A stretch of DNA of 64,000 nt from Minisyncoccota bacterium (GCA_041389065.1 JAWKSM010000002.1:65556-129555); one strand, 5' to 3'; counted from the stretch's first letter, positions 8,859-17,713 are shown. Numbers and translations are program-made. The notes: generated from the letters alone by a model not told the origin.

Positions 8859-9581
8859 ATGATAGAAAAAACACTTATATTTTTAGATACTGAAACAACA
8901 GGAAATATGCCGGACGACAAACTTTGTCAGCTTTGTTACAAAATTGAAGATAAAATAGTTGATGAACTTTACAAACCAGATAAACCAATTTCTATCGAGT
9001 CTATGGCGGTGCACCACATCACGGAAAAAATGGTTGCAGAAAAACCAGCTTTTAAAGAAAGTCCTGAGTTTAAAGAACTTGTTGATCTTTTCGCGAAAGA
9101 AAATTCTGTGCTGATTGCCCACAATGCAAAGTTCGATATAGGAATGTTAGAAAAAGAAGGTTTGAAAGTTGGTAAAAGTATTGATACTTTTCGTGTTGCA
9201 AGAAACTTGGACCCAGAAGGAAAAATCGCTTCATATAGACTTCAATATTTACGATATTTGCTTGGAATAGAAGTTGAAGCTACGGCCCACGATGCAAAGG
9301 GTGACGTTTTGGTTTTGGAAAAACTTTTTGAAAGACTTTTGAAGAAAATCATGGAGACAGAAAATATTTCAAGAGAAACTGCAATCGATCAAATGATTGA
9401 TATTTCTTCAAGGCCGGTTTTATTCAAATACTTTAACTTTGGAAAACACAAAAATATGAGTATTGAAGAAGTTGCAAAAACTGACAGAAACTATCTGGAA
9501 TGGCTTTTAAAGCAAAAGAAAGAAAATCCTGAAGAAGAGGAAGATTGGATTTACACTATTGAACATTTCCTTGGTTTGTAG
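8859..9581 (+). CDS. DEDDh 3'-5' exonuclease (DnaQ/ExoX-like) with an ExoX-type C-terminal domain
   Basis: Exo motifs are LIFLDTETTG, HNAKFDIGML and AHDAKGDVLVLEKLF. The C-terminal sequence is FNFGKHKNMSIEEVAKTDRNYLEWLL. The track starts at GTG 8853. The ATG at 8859 lies 6 nt after a TATACT box. Confidence 0.8.
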   Translation: MIEKTLIFLDTETTGNMPDDKLCQLCYKIEDKIVDELYKPDKPISIESMAVHHITEKMVAEKPAFKESPEFKELVDLFAKENSVLIAHNAKFDIGMLEKEGLKVGKSIDTFRVARNLDPEGKIASYRLQYLRYLLGIEVEATAHDAKGDVLVLEKLFERLLKKIMETENISRETAIDQMIDISSRPVLFKYFNFGKHKNMSIEEVAKTDRNYLEWLLKQKKENPEEEEDWIYTIEHFLGL

Positions 9582-9606
9582 TATTTTAAAGGCAAAGCAC
9601 ACAACC

Positions 9607-9813
9607 ATGGCGAACTTTGACATAACCATTGGAAAAGATGGTCAGAATTATTTGGAGTTGCTCGGTAAACTATATCCGTGCACAATCCTTACTGCCAGCG
9701 AAAGACTGAGAGACCCAGAAGCCTTTCAAGTCAAAATGAAGGCTATTCACGAAGATGTTCAAAGAAGACTGGCGCAAAGTGAAGTCGACTGTCGGAACAA
9801 ATTCTTGGACTAA
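9607..9813 (+). CDS. small hypothetical protein (68 aa)
   Basis: The ATG inside track ORF 9559..9813 starts MANFDITIGKDGQNYLELLG.... It lies in a locally GC-richer patch. Confidence 0.4.
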   Translation: MANFDITIGKDGQNYLELLGKLYPCTILTASERLRDPEAFQVKMKAIHEDVQRRLAQSEVDCRNKFLD

Positions 9814-9828
9814 CAAAAACCCAAGACC

Positions 9829-9957
9829 ATGAAAGAGAGAATTAAAATTGGAATCTTTGAGTTCTTCATACCGGTGAAGATCTTATGGCGTGGACGTAAA
9901 TCTACTCCAAAAGAAAATTACCCAGAGAGGAACAAAAAACGTTACAAAAAGAAATAA
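9829..9957 (+). CDS. small basic hypothetical protein (42 aa)
   Basis: Hand-translated: MKERIKIGIFEFFIPVKILWRGRKSTPKENYPERNKKRYKKK. It starts 15 nt after the previous stop. Confidence 0.3.
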   Translation: MKERIKIGIFEFFIPVKILWRGRKSTPKENYPERNKKRYKKK

Positions 9958-9965
9958 ACTACTGC

Positions 9966-10070
9966 ATGGAAAAAACAATACCCGAACCCTCAGACACATC
10001 GATCAACAGAATCATGATCTTGACCTTCTTGGCAATCATGACCCTACTACTCTTGGCACTACTACCCTAG
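9966..10070 (+). CDS. small single-TM peptide (34 aa)
   Basis: Hand-translated: MEKTIPEPSDTSINRIMILTFLAIMTLLLLALLP. A terminator follows it. Confidence 0.3.
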   Translation: MEKTIPEPSDTSINRIMILTFLAIMTLLLLALLP

Positions 10071-10077
10071 TGCCTAG

Positions 10078-10105
10078 GCGCCCACTTTGAAAAAAGCTTG
10101 GGCGC
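10078..10105 (+). terminator. rho-independent terminator
   Basis: GCGCCCA...TGGGCGC stem followed by TTTTTCTTTT. Confidence 0.6.
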
Positions 10106-10141
10106 TTTTTCTTTTCATAAATTTTAAGCTAAAATACACTT

Positions 10142-11182
10142 ATGACTATCGTATACATACTTTTGGGACTTATTGCTGGATATATAATCTTTACCCTAAT
10201 AAACAAAAATAAAAAAGAAGATGCTTCATCTGACAAAGTTTTCAGATTTTTGACAGATGAAATGAAAGATATTCGTCGAACTCTCGACGAGAGACTTCGC
10301 GACTCTGGAAAAGAAATGATGGAGTCGCTCAAATATCAAACAAGCGAATCACAAAAATTAATCCGAGAAATTACTCGCGAGATAACAGAAGTTAAAGAAA
10401 CTGGAAAGCAAGTTATGACTTTCACAGACCAACTTCAGCAACTTCAAAATATGTTAAAAAACCCAAAGTCTCGTGGTGTTTTGGGCGAATACTATTTGGA
10501 AACACTTTTGAAAAATACTCTTCCGCCTGGTTCGTATCAAATGCAATACGGTTTTCCAAACGGCGACATTGTCGATGCTGTGGTTTTTATAAAAGACAAA
10601 ATAATTCCAATTGATTCAAAATTCTCTCTTGAAAATTACAACAAAGTTTCTGAAGCGGAAAATGCGGGAGACAAAGAAAGACTTGAAAAGCTTTTTATAA
10701 ATGACTTAAAAAATAGAATTGTCGAAACTGCAAAATACATAAAACCAGAAGAAGGAACAATGGATTTTGCTTTTATGTTTATTCCTCACGAAGCGATTTA
10801 TTACGATCTTTTGATAAACAAAATTGGTGCAATTGGCGAAGATACAGAAAACCTAATTCAACGCGCGGCAAGCAAATACAAAGTTGTTATCGTCTCCCCT
10901 ACTTCTTTTCTTGCATATTTACAAACTGTGCTTCAGGGGTTAAAAGCAATGCAAATAGAAGAAAGAGCCACAGAAATTCAAAAGCGTGTTGGCGAACTTG
11001 GAAAACATTTGCAAAGTTACGCCGACTATCATGACAAGCTTGGAAAAAATCTTGGAACAGTTGTAAACCAATACAATCTTTCAAACAAAGAATTTAAGAA
11101 AATTGATAAAGATGTAATGCGAATTTCCGGAGAATCTGCGAAGCTTGAACTTGCTGATGTAGAAAAACCAAAAGAAGAATAG
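10142..11182 (+). CDS. rmuC: DNA recombination protein RmuC
   Basis: 346 aa with an N-terminal TM and coiled coil. The core is RGVLGEYYLETLL...PNGDIVDAVVF...IPIDSKFSLENY...FMFIPHEAIYYDL. Confidence 0.9.
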   Translation: MTIVYILLGLIAGYIIFTLINKNKKEDASSDKVFRFLTDEMKDIRRTLDERLRDSGKEMMESLKYQTSESQKLIREITREITEVKETGKQVMTFTDQLQQLQNMLKNPKSRGVLGEYYLETLLKNTLPPGSYQMQYGFPNGDIVDAVVFIKDKIIPIDSKFSLENYNKVSEAENAGDKERLEKLFINDLKNRIVETAKYIKPEEGTMDFAFMFIPHEAIYYDLLINKIGAIGEDTENLIQRAASKYKVVIVSPTSFLAYLQTVLQGLKAMQIEERATEIQKRVGELGKHLQSYADYHDKLGKNLGTVVNQYNLSNKEFKKIDKDVMRISGESAKLELADVEKPKEE

Positions 11183-11190
11183 AAAGAAAA

Positions 11191-11217
11191 AGCGGGTGGA
11201 CCTGTGTTCCACCCGCT
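11191..11217. terminator. bidirectional terminator
   Basis: AGCGGGTGGA-CCTGTGT-TCCACCCGCT between convergent genes. Confidence 0.7.
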
Positions 11218-11232
11218 GTTCGTTTCGGTTCT

Positions 11233-12051
11233 TCACTGGATCTTAACCCTCTTCCTGTGAGCTATTTTCTTCTTGCCTTTGACTTTCGGCGCTGGAGGTA
11301 TAGGCTTCATCACAAGGTAAGCAGAGATAAGCTTTCCATCCAGAGCATGCCCGTTTAGGGTTTCTTGGAATCTATCACCGTCTCGAAGCGAGACCTCGTA
11401 AACATTTGTCTTGTTGACAAGGTCTTCAGCGTAAGAAAGCGAAAGTGGAAAAGATCCACATATTGAACCATCCCACAACATGAGCGACAGACTGTAAGAT
11501 GAATTCGGTGAGCTATCTGCCATATCCACGTCAGTGGCCAAGATTCTCGGCGCGATCATCTTCCCTTCACGGTGCCACATAACCTCTTCCATATAGAGGA
11601 TCATCTTATGCTGCACCGGGTCCATGTTCTTGGTTATAGAATCACGGTTGAACGCAATGTCCGTCTTAGGACCACATTCACAGGGTGCCAGATCAATAAA
11701 CAGGCACTCGAGCTTCTCACCCTTGTCGTTGCAAATGGTCTCCTTGTCCATCTTGAAATCGGAGTTCGGCAGACCAATGGTGTCGAGGTTTTGTTCGATA
11801 ACATAAGTCGAGCCAACTTCACCGTGATCAACTTTTCGAAGTGTGCTATATACGCCCACTTCTTTTTGGTTCTCCAAAACGACCACATGGGTCAAGCCCT
11901 TGTAATTCTTCTTTGCCACAAGGTAATTCACCTCGTAAGGCACCCTCACATTGTCACTGAAGTCATTTGTGACAACGTTCTTGAAGTTCTTTTGCGCAAA
12001 AGCGCCGATCGTCATGAAGACGAAAAACGGAAGGAAAGAAATCGTTTTCAT
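11233..12051 (-). CDS. secreted hypothetical protein on a GC-rich patch
   Basis: 272 aa. The signal-peptide-like N-terminus is MKTISFLPFFVFMTIGAFAQ, and the tail is basic. Line 11281-11340 has 29/60 G+C, against 16/60 in neighbouring rmuC line 10201-10260. Confidence 0.55.
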   Translation of the reverse strand: MKTISFLPFFVFMTIGAFAQKNFKNVVTNDFSDNVRVPYEVNYLVAKKNYKGLTHVVVLENQKEVGVYSTLRKVDHGEVGSTYVIEQNLDTIGLPNSDFKMDKETICNDKGEKLECLFIDLAPCECGPKTDIAFNRDSITKNMDPVQHKMILYMEEVMWHREGKMIAPRILATDVDMADSSPNSSYSLSLMLWDGSICGSFPLSLSYAEDLVNKTNVYEVSLRDGDRFQETLNGHALDGKLISAYLVMKPIPPAPKVKGKKKIAHRKRVKIQ

Positions 12052-12124
12052 CGTATGTTGGGTTGATTTGTTAAATGTGCTTCTATATCTTTATACACTT
12101 AAAATGTTTTTTGTCAAGATAACC

Positions 12125-12155
12125 AAAAGCCCGGCGCCTTTGGCGCCGGGCTTTT
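12125..12155. terminator. GC-rich hairpin terminator, copy 1 of an identical pair
   Basis: AAAAGCCCGGCGCC-TTT-GGCGCCGGGCTTTTG. Its exact reverse complement recurs at 14688..14718. Confidence 0.7.
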
Positions 12156-12172
12156 GATTTTTAGTTTCAAAA

Positions 12173-12745
12173 CTACTTTACAATCTCTGTAACGTTTATC
12201 TTATACCAATCTTGAAAACCTGTTTCCTCTTCCCCAATTATCTCATTCATTTTAACCATTACATTTTCAGATTCTTGCAAAACTGCAAATTCTCTTGTAA
12301 CTTTTCCGTCTGAACATTTCGCGTAAGCAAGAGGAATTCCTGTCGTGTCTGTTGTGTCCAAAAATTCCAAACTCTCACATGTTCCAGGATGAAAACCAAG
12401 TTTGTATGGTCGTCCGAAAGCAATAGCATTTCCGTTTCGTGTAAAATCAGCAAAGATCATTTTCAAATAAGTTTGACCTGTACCAACAACCAACGGATCT
12501 TCTGTATCAAATATCCATTCAACACCAGAAAACGCATATTCGTAATCACCGCTTACAACAGGCTTTGCAACAGAAAGCGCTGTTTCGTTTTCCATTTCTG
12601 AAGATTCATCAGGAGTAACTTCTGCTTTTTCTCCCTTCTTTCCTCCAACAGTTAAAACTAATACTAAAATTATAATAAGAACAAGAACTCCCCACATTAC
12701 ATTCTTGTTAGACTTCAATTCTTCCAGTTTTTCTTTCATTTTCAT
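12173..12745 (-). CDS. membrane-anchored hypothetical protein
   Basis: 190 aa with an N-terminal TM (VMWGVLVLIIILVLVLTVGG) and an extracytoplasmic domain of unknown family. Confidence 0.5.
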   Translation of the reverse strand: MKMKEKLEELKSNKNVMWGVLVLIIILVLVLTVGGKKGEKAEVTPDESSEMENETALSVAKPVVSGDYEYAFSGVEWIFDTEDPLVVGTGQTYLKMIFADFTRNGNAIAFGRPYKLGFHPGTCESLEFLDTTDTTGIPLAYAKCSDGKVTREFAVLQESENVMVKMNEIIGEEETGFQDWYKINVTEIVK

Positions 12746-12819
12746 ACGCTTTTAATATACCACAAAAGCTTTTGCCGATTCAAACCTTGTTTTAAGCCAT
12801 TTTTTGTGTTGTTTTGCGC

Positions 12820-13506
12820 TTATTTTTTCTTTAAATACGCCAGCCAAAAGTTTCTTTTGTATTTTCTGCCGCCAACTGTTGTATAACTTGAATCCTTTTC
12901 AAGACTCAAAATATCAAAATCTTTTGAATAAATATCTTCAAAATCACCTCGAGAAAAAACTCTTTCGGTCAGCCCCAAGTCTTCCATAAAATATGTATCT
13001 TTTTCTTTTCCAGGGCTAAGCTTCAAAAGATTTTGAGCATTTTTGTCGCCGTCTTTGCAAAGCGCGCGAACAAACATATATCCGCCTGATTTTAAAACTC
13101 GCACCACTTCTTTCAGGTAAACACTTCTCTCTTTTTCGTTCAAAGAATTTGAAGAAGTCACGTCCAAAACCAAATCAAAATATTCATTTTCAAAAGGTAA
13201 AGCTTTTCCAAAATCACCTTCGGTAAAATTAGTCAAATTAGAATATTTTTCTCCTCTTTTTTTAGAAATTTTTACAGCTTCTTTTGAAATCTCAATTCCA
13301 GAGACAAAAGATCCAAGATTCGCAAGATAGAAAGCATTCTTCCCTGTTCCAGAACCAAGATCTAAAACTTTCGCATTTTCAAATTCAAATTTCTCTTTTC
13401 TGCAGAGCCTTCTTACAAAATCTTTAAAAGCCACCGCAGGCTCATCTGAGTTTGTAATCATTTTTGGATTTTTGTATTCTTTTTCCCAGGCTGAAGTTTG
13501 TGGCAT
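12820..13506 (-). CDS. class I SAM-dependent methyltransferase
   Basis: 228 aa. SAM motif I is VLDLGSGTGKNAFYLA, and motif post-I/II is DLVLDV...LKSGGYMFV. Confidence 0.8.
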   Translation of the reverse strand: MPQTSAWEKEYKNPKMITNSDEPAVAFKDFVRRLCRKEKFEFENAKVLDLGSGTGKNAFYLANLGSFVSGIEISKEAVKISKKRGEKYSNLTNFTEGDFGKALPFENEYFDLVLDVTSSNSLNEKERSVYLKEVVRVLKSGGYMFVRALCKDGDKNAQNLLKLSPGKEKDTYFMEDLGLTERVFSRGDFEDIYSKDFDILSLEKDSSYTTVGGRKYKRNFWLAYLKKK

Positions 13507-13507
13507 A

Positions 13508-14377
13508 TTATAATTCTATATTACCCGAGGCTAAAATTGAGCAGGTAAATAAAACTAATAAATGACAATAGCTTACTGCTTCATACAAAGTAGTATGGTT
13601 TTCTTTTTTTGGTTTATGTGAGTCATAATTTCTTATAATTCTTGAATTATTTAACCCCCATAAAATCTCTAAATTAATACTGTATTTTTCACAGATATTG
13701 TTGTCAGAGAAAATTTTATTAATTTTTTTACTAATCTTATCTCCTGCTTTTAATTCTGGAATTAAACCAAAAACTAAATCAGTCGCCGTAATTACAGAAG
13801 ATAACATTTTTTTAGCATCCCTATCCTCATAAGAATTCTGAATACTTTCTAAAGATAAATGAATACCTTGGTTTTTCTCAGTATCAAACTGCTCCAAAAG
13901 AACTTTAGGAATTACTCTTTCTTCATCTTCATAATTTTCTATAATATTTTCAGCAACCTTAAAAGAAACAAGAATAGGAGTCATCTTTGTATTATCAACT
14001 TGTTTTAATCCTGATAATAATCTATTTATTTTTATCTTATTACTTACGATATAACCATTTCTGATATTATCAAAAATAAAAGGTCCTATACCCACATTAA
14101 AGTTATACATTAACTCTTCCTGATCACCCAATTCATATCCAGAAACAACCCCATAGTAATCATCTTTTTTTCCAGCTTTTTCTCTATAATATTCTAATTT
14201 TGAAAGAAAATAATTAATTATATTTTCGGGAACACCAACCTCAGTAAAATAAACGACACACAAGGCTATCCAATTCCTAATATCATCCCCGCTACGTACC
14301 TTTTTACTGGCAATAAACTCTAACAATTCCTCGTTAGTCTTTTTCCATTTTGTAATTTTTAATATGTCTTTTTTCAT
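13508..14377 (-). CDS. hypothetical protein with a C-terminal HEPN-type R-x4-H motif (possible Abi-like RNase)
   Basis: 289 aa. The C-terminal sequence is NNSRIIRNYDSHKPK, where RNYDSH equals R-N-x3-H. The gene is extremely AT-rich: line 13681-13740 has 11/60 G+C. Its stop lies 1 nt from the methyltransferase start. Confidence 0.35.
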   Translation of the reverse strand: MKKDILKITKWKKTNEELLEFIASKKVRSGDDIRNWIALCVVYFTEVGVPENIINYFLSKLEYYREKAGKKDDYYGVVSGYELGDQEELMYNFNVGIGPFIFDNIRNGYIVSNKIKINRLLSGLKQVDNTKMTPILVSFKVAENIIENYEDEERVIPKVLLEQFDTEKNQGIHLSLESIQNSYEDRDAKKMLSSVITATDLVFGLIPELKAGDKISKKINKIFSDNNICEKYSINLEILWGLNNSRIIRNYDSHKPKKENHTTLYEAVSYCHLLVLFTCSILASGNIEL

Positions 14378-14571
14378 TAATATTTAAAATTATTTATCTC
14401 AATTGTTTTTTGTGTCACAAATCACTAAATAATTTATTTCGTTCCACTCATAAATTATATAAGTGTTCGTGACCTCGGCTCAAAGTTTTTCTTTGTGGTG
14501 CAAAGAAAAACATTTCTCCGCCTTCACAAAATGCCCGCAGACAAAGCAGTTTTTCTGCTTTTCGCATTTTG

Positions 14572-14643
14572 TGACTCTACCGGGAATCGAACCCGGCTTT
14601 GATCCTTGAGAAGGATCCGTCCTAACCGATAGACGATAGAGCC
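14572..14643 (-). tRNA. tRNA-Glu (anticodon CUC)
   Basis: Hand-folded 72-nt cloverleaf. Acceptor is GGCTCTA/TAGAGTC and D stem is GTCT/GGAC. The anticodon stem GATCC/GGATC carries the loop TTCTCAA. The T arm is CCGGG-TTCGATT-CCCGG. No CCA is encoded. Confidence 0.85.
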
Positions 14644-14687
14644 GAAATGCGATGTTATTCTACTATTTTTAGATAAATGAGTAAAGC

Positions 14688-14718
14688 AAAAGCCCGGCGC
14701 CAAAGGCGCCGGGCTTTT
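14688..14718. terminator. GC-rich hairpin terminator, copy 2 of an identical pair
   Basis: AAAAGCCCGGCGCC-AAA-GGCGCCGGGCTTTTG is the reverse complement of the hairpin at 12125..12155. Confidence 0.7.
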
Positions 14719-14721
14719 GCT

Positions 14722-15372
14722 TTACTTTCTAGATTTTATATAGTTTATAAATTTTTGTTTAGTGGGGTCTGGAAATAATTTCATAAATTCTTCTGCTTTT
14801 TTATATCTTTCATCATTCCTATCAAAATCTTTATCTTCAGCAAGAAAATCATATATCTCTAATTTTGTATAGCCAGCCTGCTCAAGAACATCTGTTGTTG
14901 GATGAATTTGAGAGATATCAACATCGTTTATTTCAGAAGGTCTAAAATCTGGTGAATAAACCTCCAACACAGTTCCATAAATTATAGGATAACCCGTTTC
15001 TTGTTTTGCATAAAATTCTGACAATCGAGCCTTTGATTTAAGATCTTGATCTTTAAACTTATTCTTTAACCAATCTGGATTCTCAATAAGAAAAACACCT
15101 GTTACATTTTTACGGACTTCAAAACCAAAATCTTTAAAAACTTTTCCGATCAAACCGCCACTTTTTATTTTGTCATCAATAATACTAATTTCTTTATTAC
15201 CCTTATCATATTCAAAAATAGTAAGAGCGTATGTTCTGGCAATACCAGTACTATCGGAAAGAAAAGACTCCCTCATAAATCCATCATGCCTTACAATCTC
15301 TGAGTGAATTGGTCCATACTTTGACTCTAAGACATCAGTATGAAGTTTTTTATTTATATTAAAGTGCTCCAT
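14722..15372 (-). CDS. hypothetical protein
   Basis: Track ORF 14722..15441. I prefer the ATG at 15372 (MEHFNINKK...) because it removes the overlap with the upstream gene's stop at 15380. Confidence 0.5.
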   Translation of the reverse strand: MEHFNINKKLHTDVLESKYGPIHSEIVRHDGFMRESFLSDSTGIARTYALTIFEYDKGNKEISIIDDKIKSGGLIGKVFKDFGFEVRKNVTGVFLIENPDWLKNKFKDQDLKSKARLSEFYAKQETGYPIIYGTVLEVYSPDFRPSEINDVDISQIHPTTDVLEQAGYTKLEIYDFLAEDKDFDRNDERYKKAEEFMKLFPDPTKQKFINYIKSRK

Positions 15373-15379
15373 TTTAAAA

Positions 15380-16408
15380 CTAATAAACTCTATCTTGCTT
15401 TGGGTATGGAGGATAAATATCTGGATCGATTGTTCTTTCAAAACATTTCTTGCCAGCGCTGTGATCCCAAGAATCGTTCACTCCACCACCAGGATAAGGA
15501 TAAGAAATTGCTGCATCTTCGGCATAGTTCATGAGAGGTCTAACTCCCCCGCCAGAATATTCTTGCCAACCCTTTGGCATTTCTGCAGAAAATGTCGCAC
15601 AAAGTTCAAACTTCATATCACCTGTTTTTCGGTATTCGTAACCCACACCTTTTTCAAATTCTGGATCAACAGGAACAATAGATCCTGAAAGCGGATTTGA
15701 AAGTTCTGAAATATTTTCTGGAAGTTTTTCTTTTTGTTGCCAATAATTTATAACTTGCCATTGGATAGATTGAAGATCTTGAACACGTCTGTCGTCGAGT
15801 CGCCAAGCACGTTGTTCTTTTGGAGAACCAATAACGCTAAAGCTCCAAACAACCAACGCCAAAACTATTACAGAAGATTTTATCGACGCAGAAACAGAAA
15901 CAGGAATTCCGAACATTTTGTTTTTATCTTTCAAAACAAAAATATAGTAGACAGCCACATACAAAGCCACGACAAGAGTTATCCCGACTTTATACAGAAA
16001 TCTTTCTGTAATTTCTCCAGAAACAAAATATCTAACAAGAGTTACAAGATCGACAATGATTACGATAGAAGAAAGGAAAATTAAAAGATAGAGCATCCAT
16101 TTTTTTATAACCTTGTCGATACTTCCAAGATTTTTTCGAACTGATTTTGTCCAACAATATGAGAGAACTAAAAACACAGGAAAAACAATAATCAAAGTTG
16201 CAAGTGTTCCCCTGATTGTGTCATAGCTCCAAGAAGAATATCCGTATTGATATGTAGAATTTAGAACATCTGGGAATTGTTTGTTTAGAACTTCAAAAGC
16301 TAGAGAAAGAAAAGAAACAACGCTTGTGATTAAAGTTACTAGAACACCCAAAGAAAGGAAGAAAAATTTTGGTGTTAGTTTGTCGCCTTCACTGTGATTT
16401 TCTGACAT
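15380..16408 (-). CDS. DUF5671-like multi-pass membrane protein with a C-terminal extracytoplasmic domain
   Basis: 342 aa with about six N-terminal TM helices, then EQRAWRLDDRRVQDLQSIQWQVINYW.... This architecture is common in CPR genomes. Confidence 0.55.
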   Translation of the reverse strand: MSENHSEGDKLTPKFFFLSLGVLVTLITSVVSFLSLAFEVLNKQFPDVLNSTYQYGYSSWSYDTIRGTLATLIIVFPVFLVLSYCWTKSVRKNLGSIDKVIKKWMLYLLIFLSSIVIIVDLVTLVRYFVSGEITERFLYKVGITLVVALYVAVYYIFVLKDKNKMFGIPVSVSASIKSSVIVLALVVWSFSVIGSPKEQRAWRLDDRRVQDLQSIQWQVINYWQQKEKLPENISELSNPLSGSIVPVDPEFEKGVGYEYRKTGDMKFELCATFSAEMPKGWQEYSGGGVRPLMNYAEDAAISYPYPGGGVNDSWDHSAGKKCFERTIDPDIYPPYPKQDRVY

Positions 16409-16445
16409 AAAATTTTAATTAAATTATAATGGTTTAATTATACTC

Positions 16446-17657
16446 CTACTCTGACAATCTTTCCATTGCCAAAATAAACGCACCTCTTCGAAGGTCTGTT
16501 TCGTGCTTTCTGGCTTTGTCTAGAACGTTGTTTGCTTCTTTTTCCATTTTCTCTTTCAAACGACCTAAAACATCTTCTTTTGTCCATTTTTCATTTTTTA
16601 GGTTTTGCTCCCATTCAAAAGTAGAAACCGTCACACCGCCTGAGTTTGCCAAAATATCCGGCACAACATGAATTCCTTTTGCAAACAAAATATCGTCAGC
16701 CTCTGGAGTTGTCGGGCCGTTCGCAAGTTCGAGAACCAATCGAGCTTTTATATCTTTTGCATTTTCTTCTGTAATTTGATTTTCAAGAGCTGAGGGAATC
16801 AATACATCACAAGAAAGTGTCAAAAGTTCTGATTGAGAAATTTCTTTTGATCCTGGAAAACCCACAACACTTCCACTTTCTTTTTTATATTCCATTACTT
16901 TTTTTACATCAAGACCTTCTTCAGAAAAAATCGCACCTTTTGAATCAGACAAAGCAATAATTTTATGACCGTCGGCTTCAAACAAAAGTGCTGCGTGTCC
17001 ACCCACATTTCCAAGACCTTGAACAACAACCGAAAGCGAACCTTCAAGATTTAAACTTTCTTTTAGTGCATTAAACACATAGAGCCCGCCCATAGAAGTT
17101 GCCTCTTCCCTTCCTTCAGAGCCACCACGAGAAAGTGGTTTTCCTGTAAAAGTTGCCCCAGACATTTCACCTGTTAACTTTTCGTACTCATCGATCATCC
17201 AAGACATTATTTCACCGTTTGTGTTTACGTCTGGCGCTGGAACATCTTTTTCTGGCCCCAGAAGTGGCAACATTAAAGAAACCCAGCCTCGTGATATTTT
17301 TTCTAATTCAGTTTTTGAAAGAAGTTTTGGATTTACTGTTACGCCACCTTTTCCACCACCCATTGGAATATTTGCAACAGCACATTTTAAAGTCATCCAA
17401 AGCGCAAGAGCATTTACTTCGTGCATATCGGCTTGTTCATGAAAACGAATTCCACCTTTGTATGGTCCTCTTTTGTTGTTGTGTTCGACACGATACCCTT
17501 CAAAGATTTTTTGTTCTCCATTATCCATTTCTACAGGAATAGAGATTCGGATTTGTCTATCTGGATGTCTTAGTTTTTCAATAAAACTTTCTGGGAAACT
17601 TGTTACAGAGTTTGCGCGTTGAATTTGATTTAGCGCATTTTCAAATGGATTTTGCAT
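16446..17657 (-). CDS. gdh: Glu/Leu/Phe/Val-family (glutamate) dehydrogenase
   Basis: 403 aa. The catalytic sequence is KGGIRFH...IPMGGGKGGV, and the Rossmann motif is VVQGLGNVGGH. Confidence 0.9.
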   Translation of the reverse strand: MQNPFENALNQIQRANSVTSFPESFIEKLRHPDRQIRISIPVEMDNGEQKIFEGYRVEHNNKRGPYKGGIRFHEQADMHEVNALALWMTLKCAVANIPMGGGKGGVTVNPKLLSKTELEKISRGWVSLMLPLLGPEKDVPAPDVNTNGEIMSWMIDEYEKLTGEMSGATFTGKPLSRGGSEGREEATSMGGLYVFNALKESLNLEGSLSVVVQGLGNVGGHAALLFEADGHKIIALSDSKGAIFSEEGLDVKKVMEYKKESGSVVGFPGSKEISQSELLTLSCDVLIPSALENQITEENAKDIKARLVLELANGPTTPEADDILFAKGIHVVPDILANSGGVTVSTFEWEQNLKNEKWTKEDVLGRLKEKMEKEANNVLDKARKHETDLRRGAFILAMERLSE

Positions 17658-17713
17658 GACTAAAATAATTAAAATTAACAGAGATTATTATAGCAACTTT
17701 ATAGAAGAAAAAG

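Noticed and set aside
9890-10090. 66-aa track ORF in the GC-rich patch
   Set aside because: It overlaps two better-delimited small ORFs (9829..9957 and 9966..10070) in other frames and runs into the terminator stem. It is kept only as an alternative reading.
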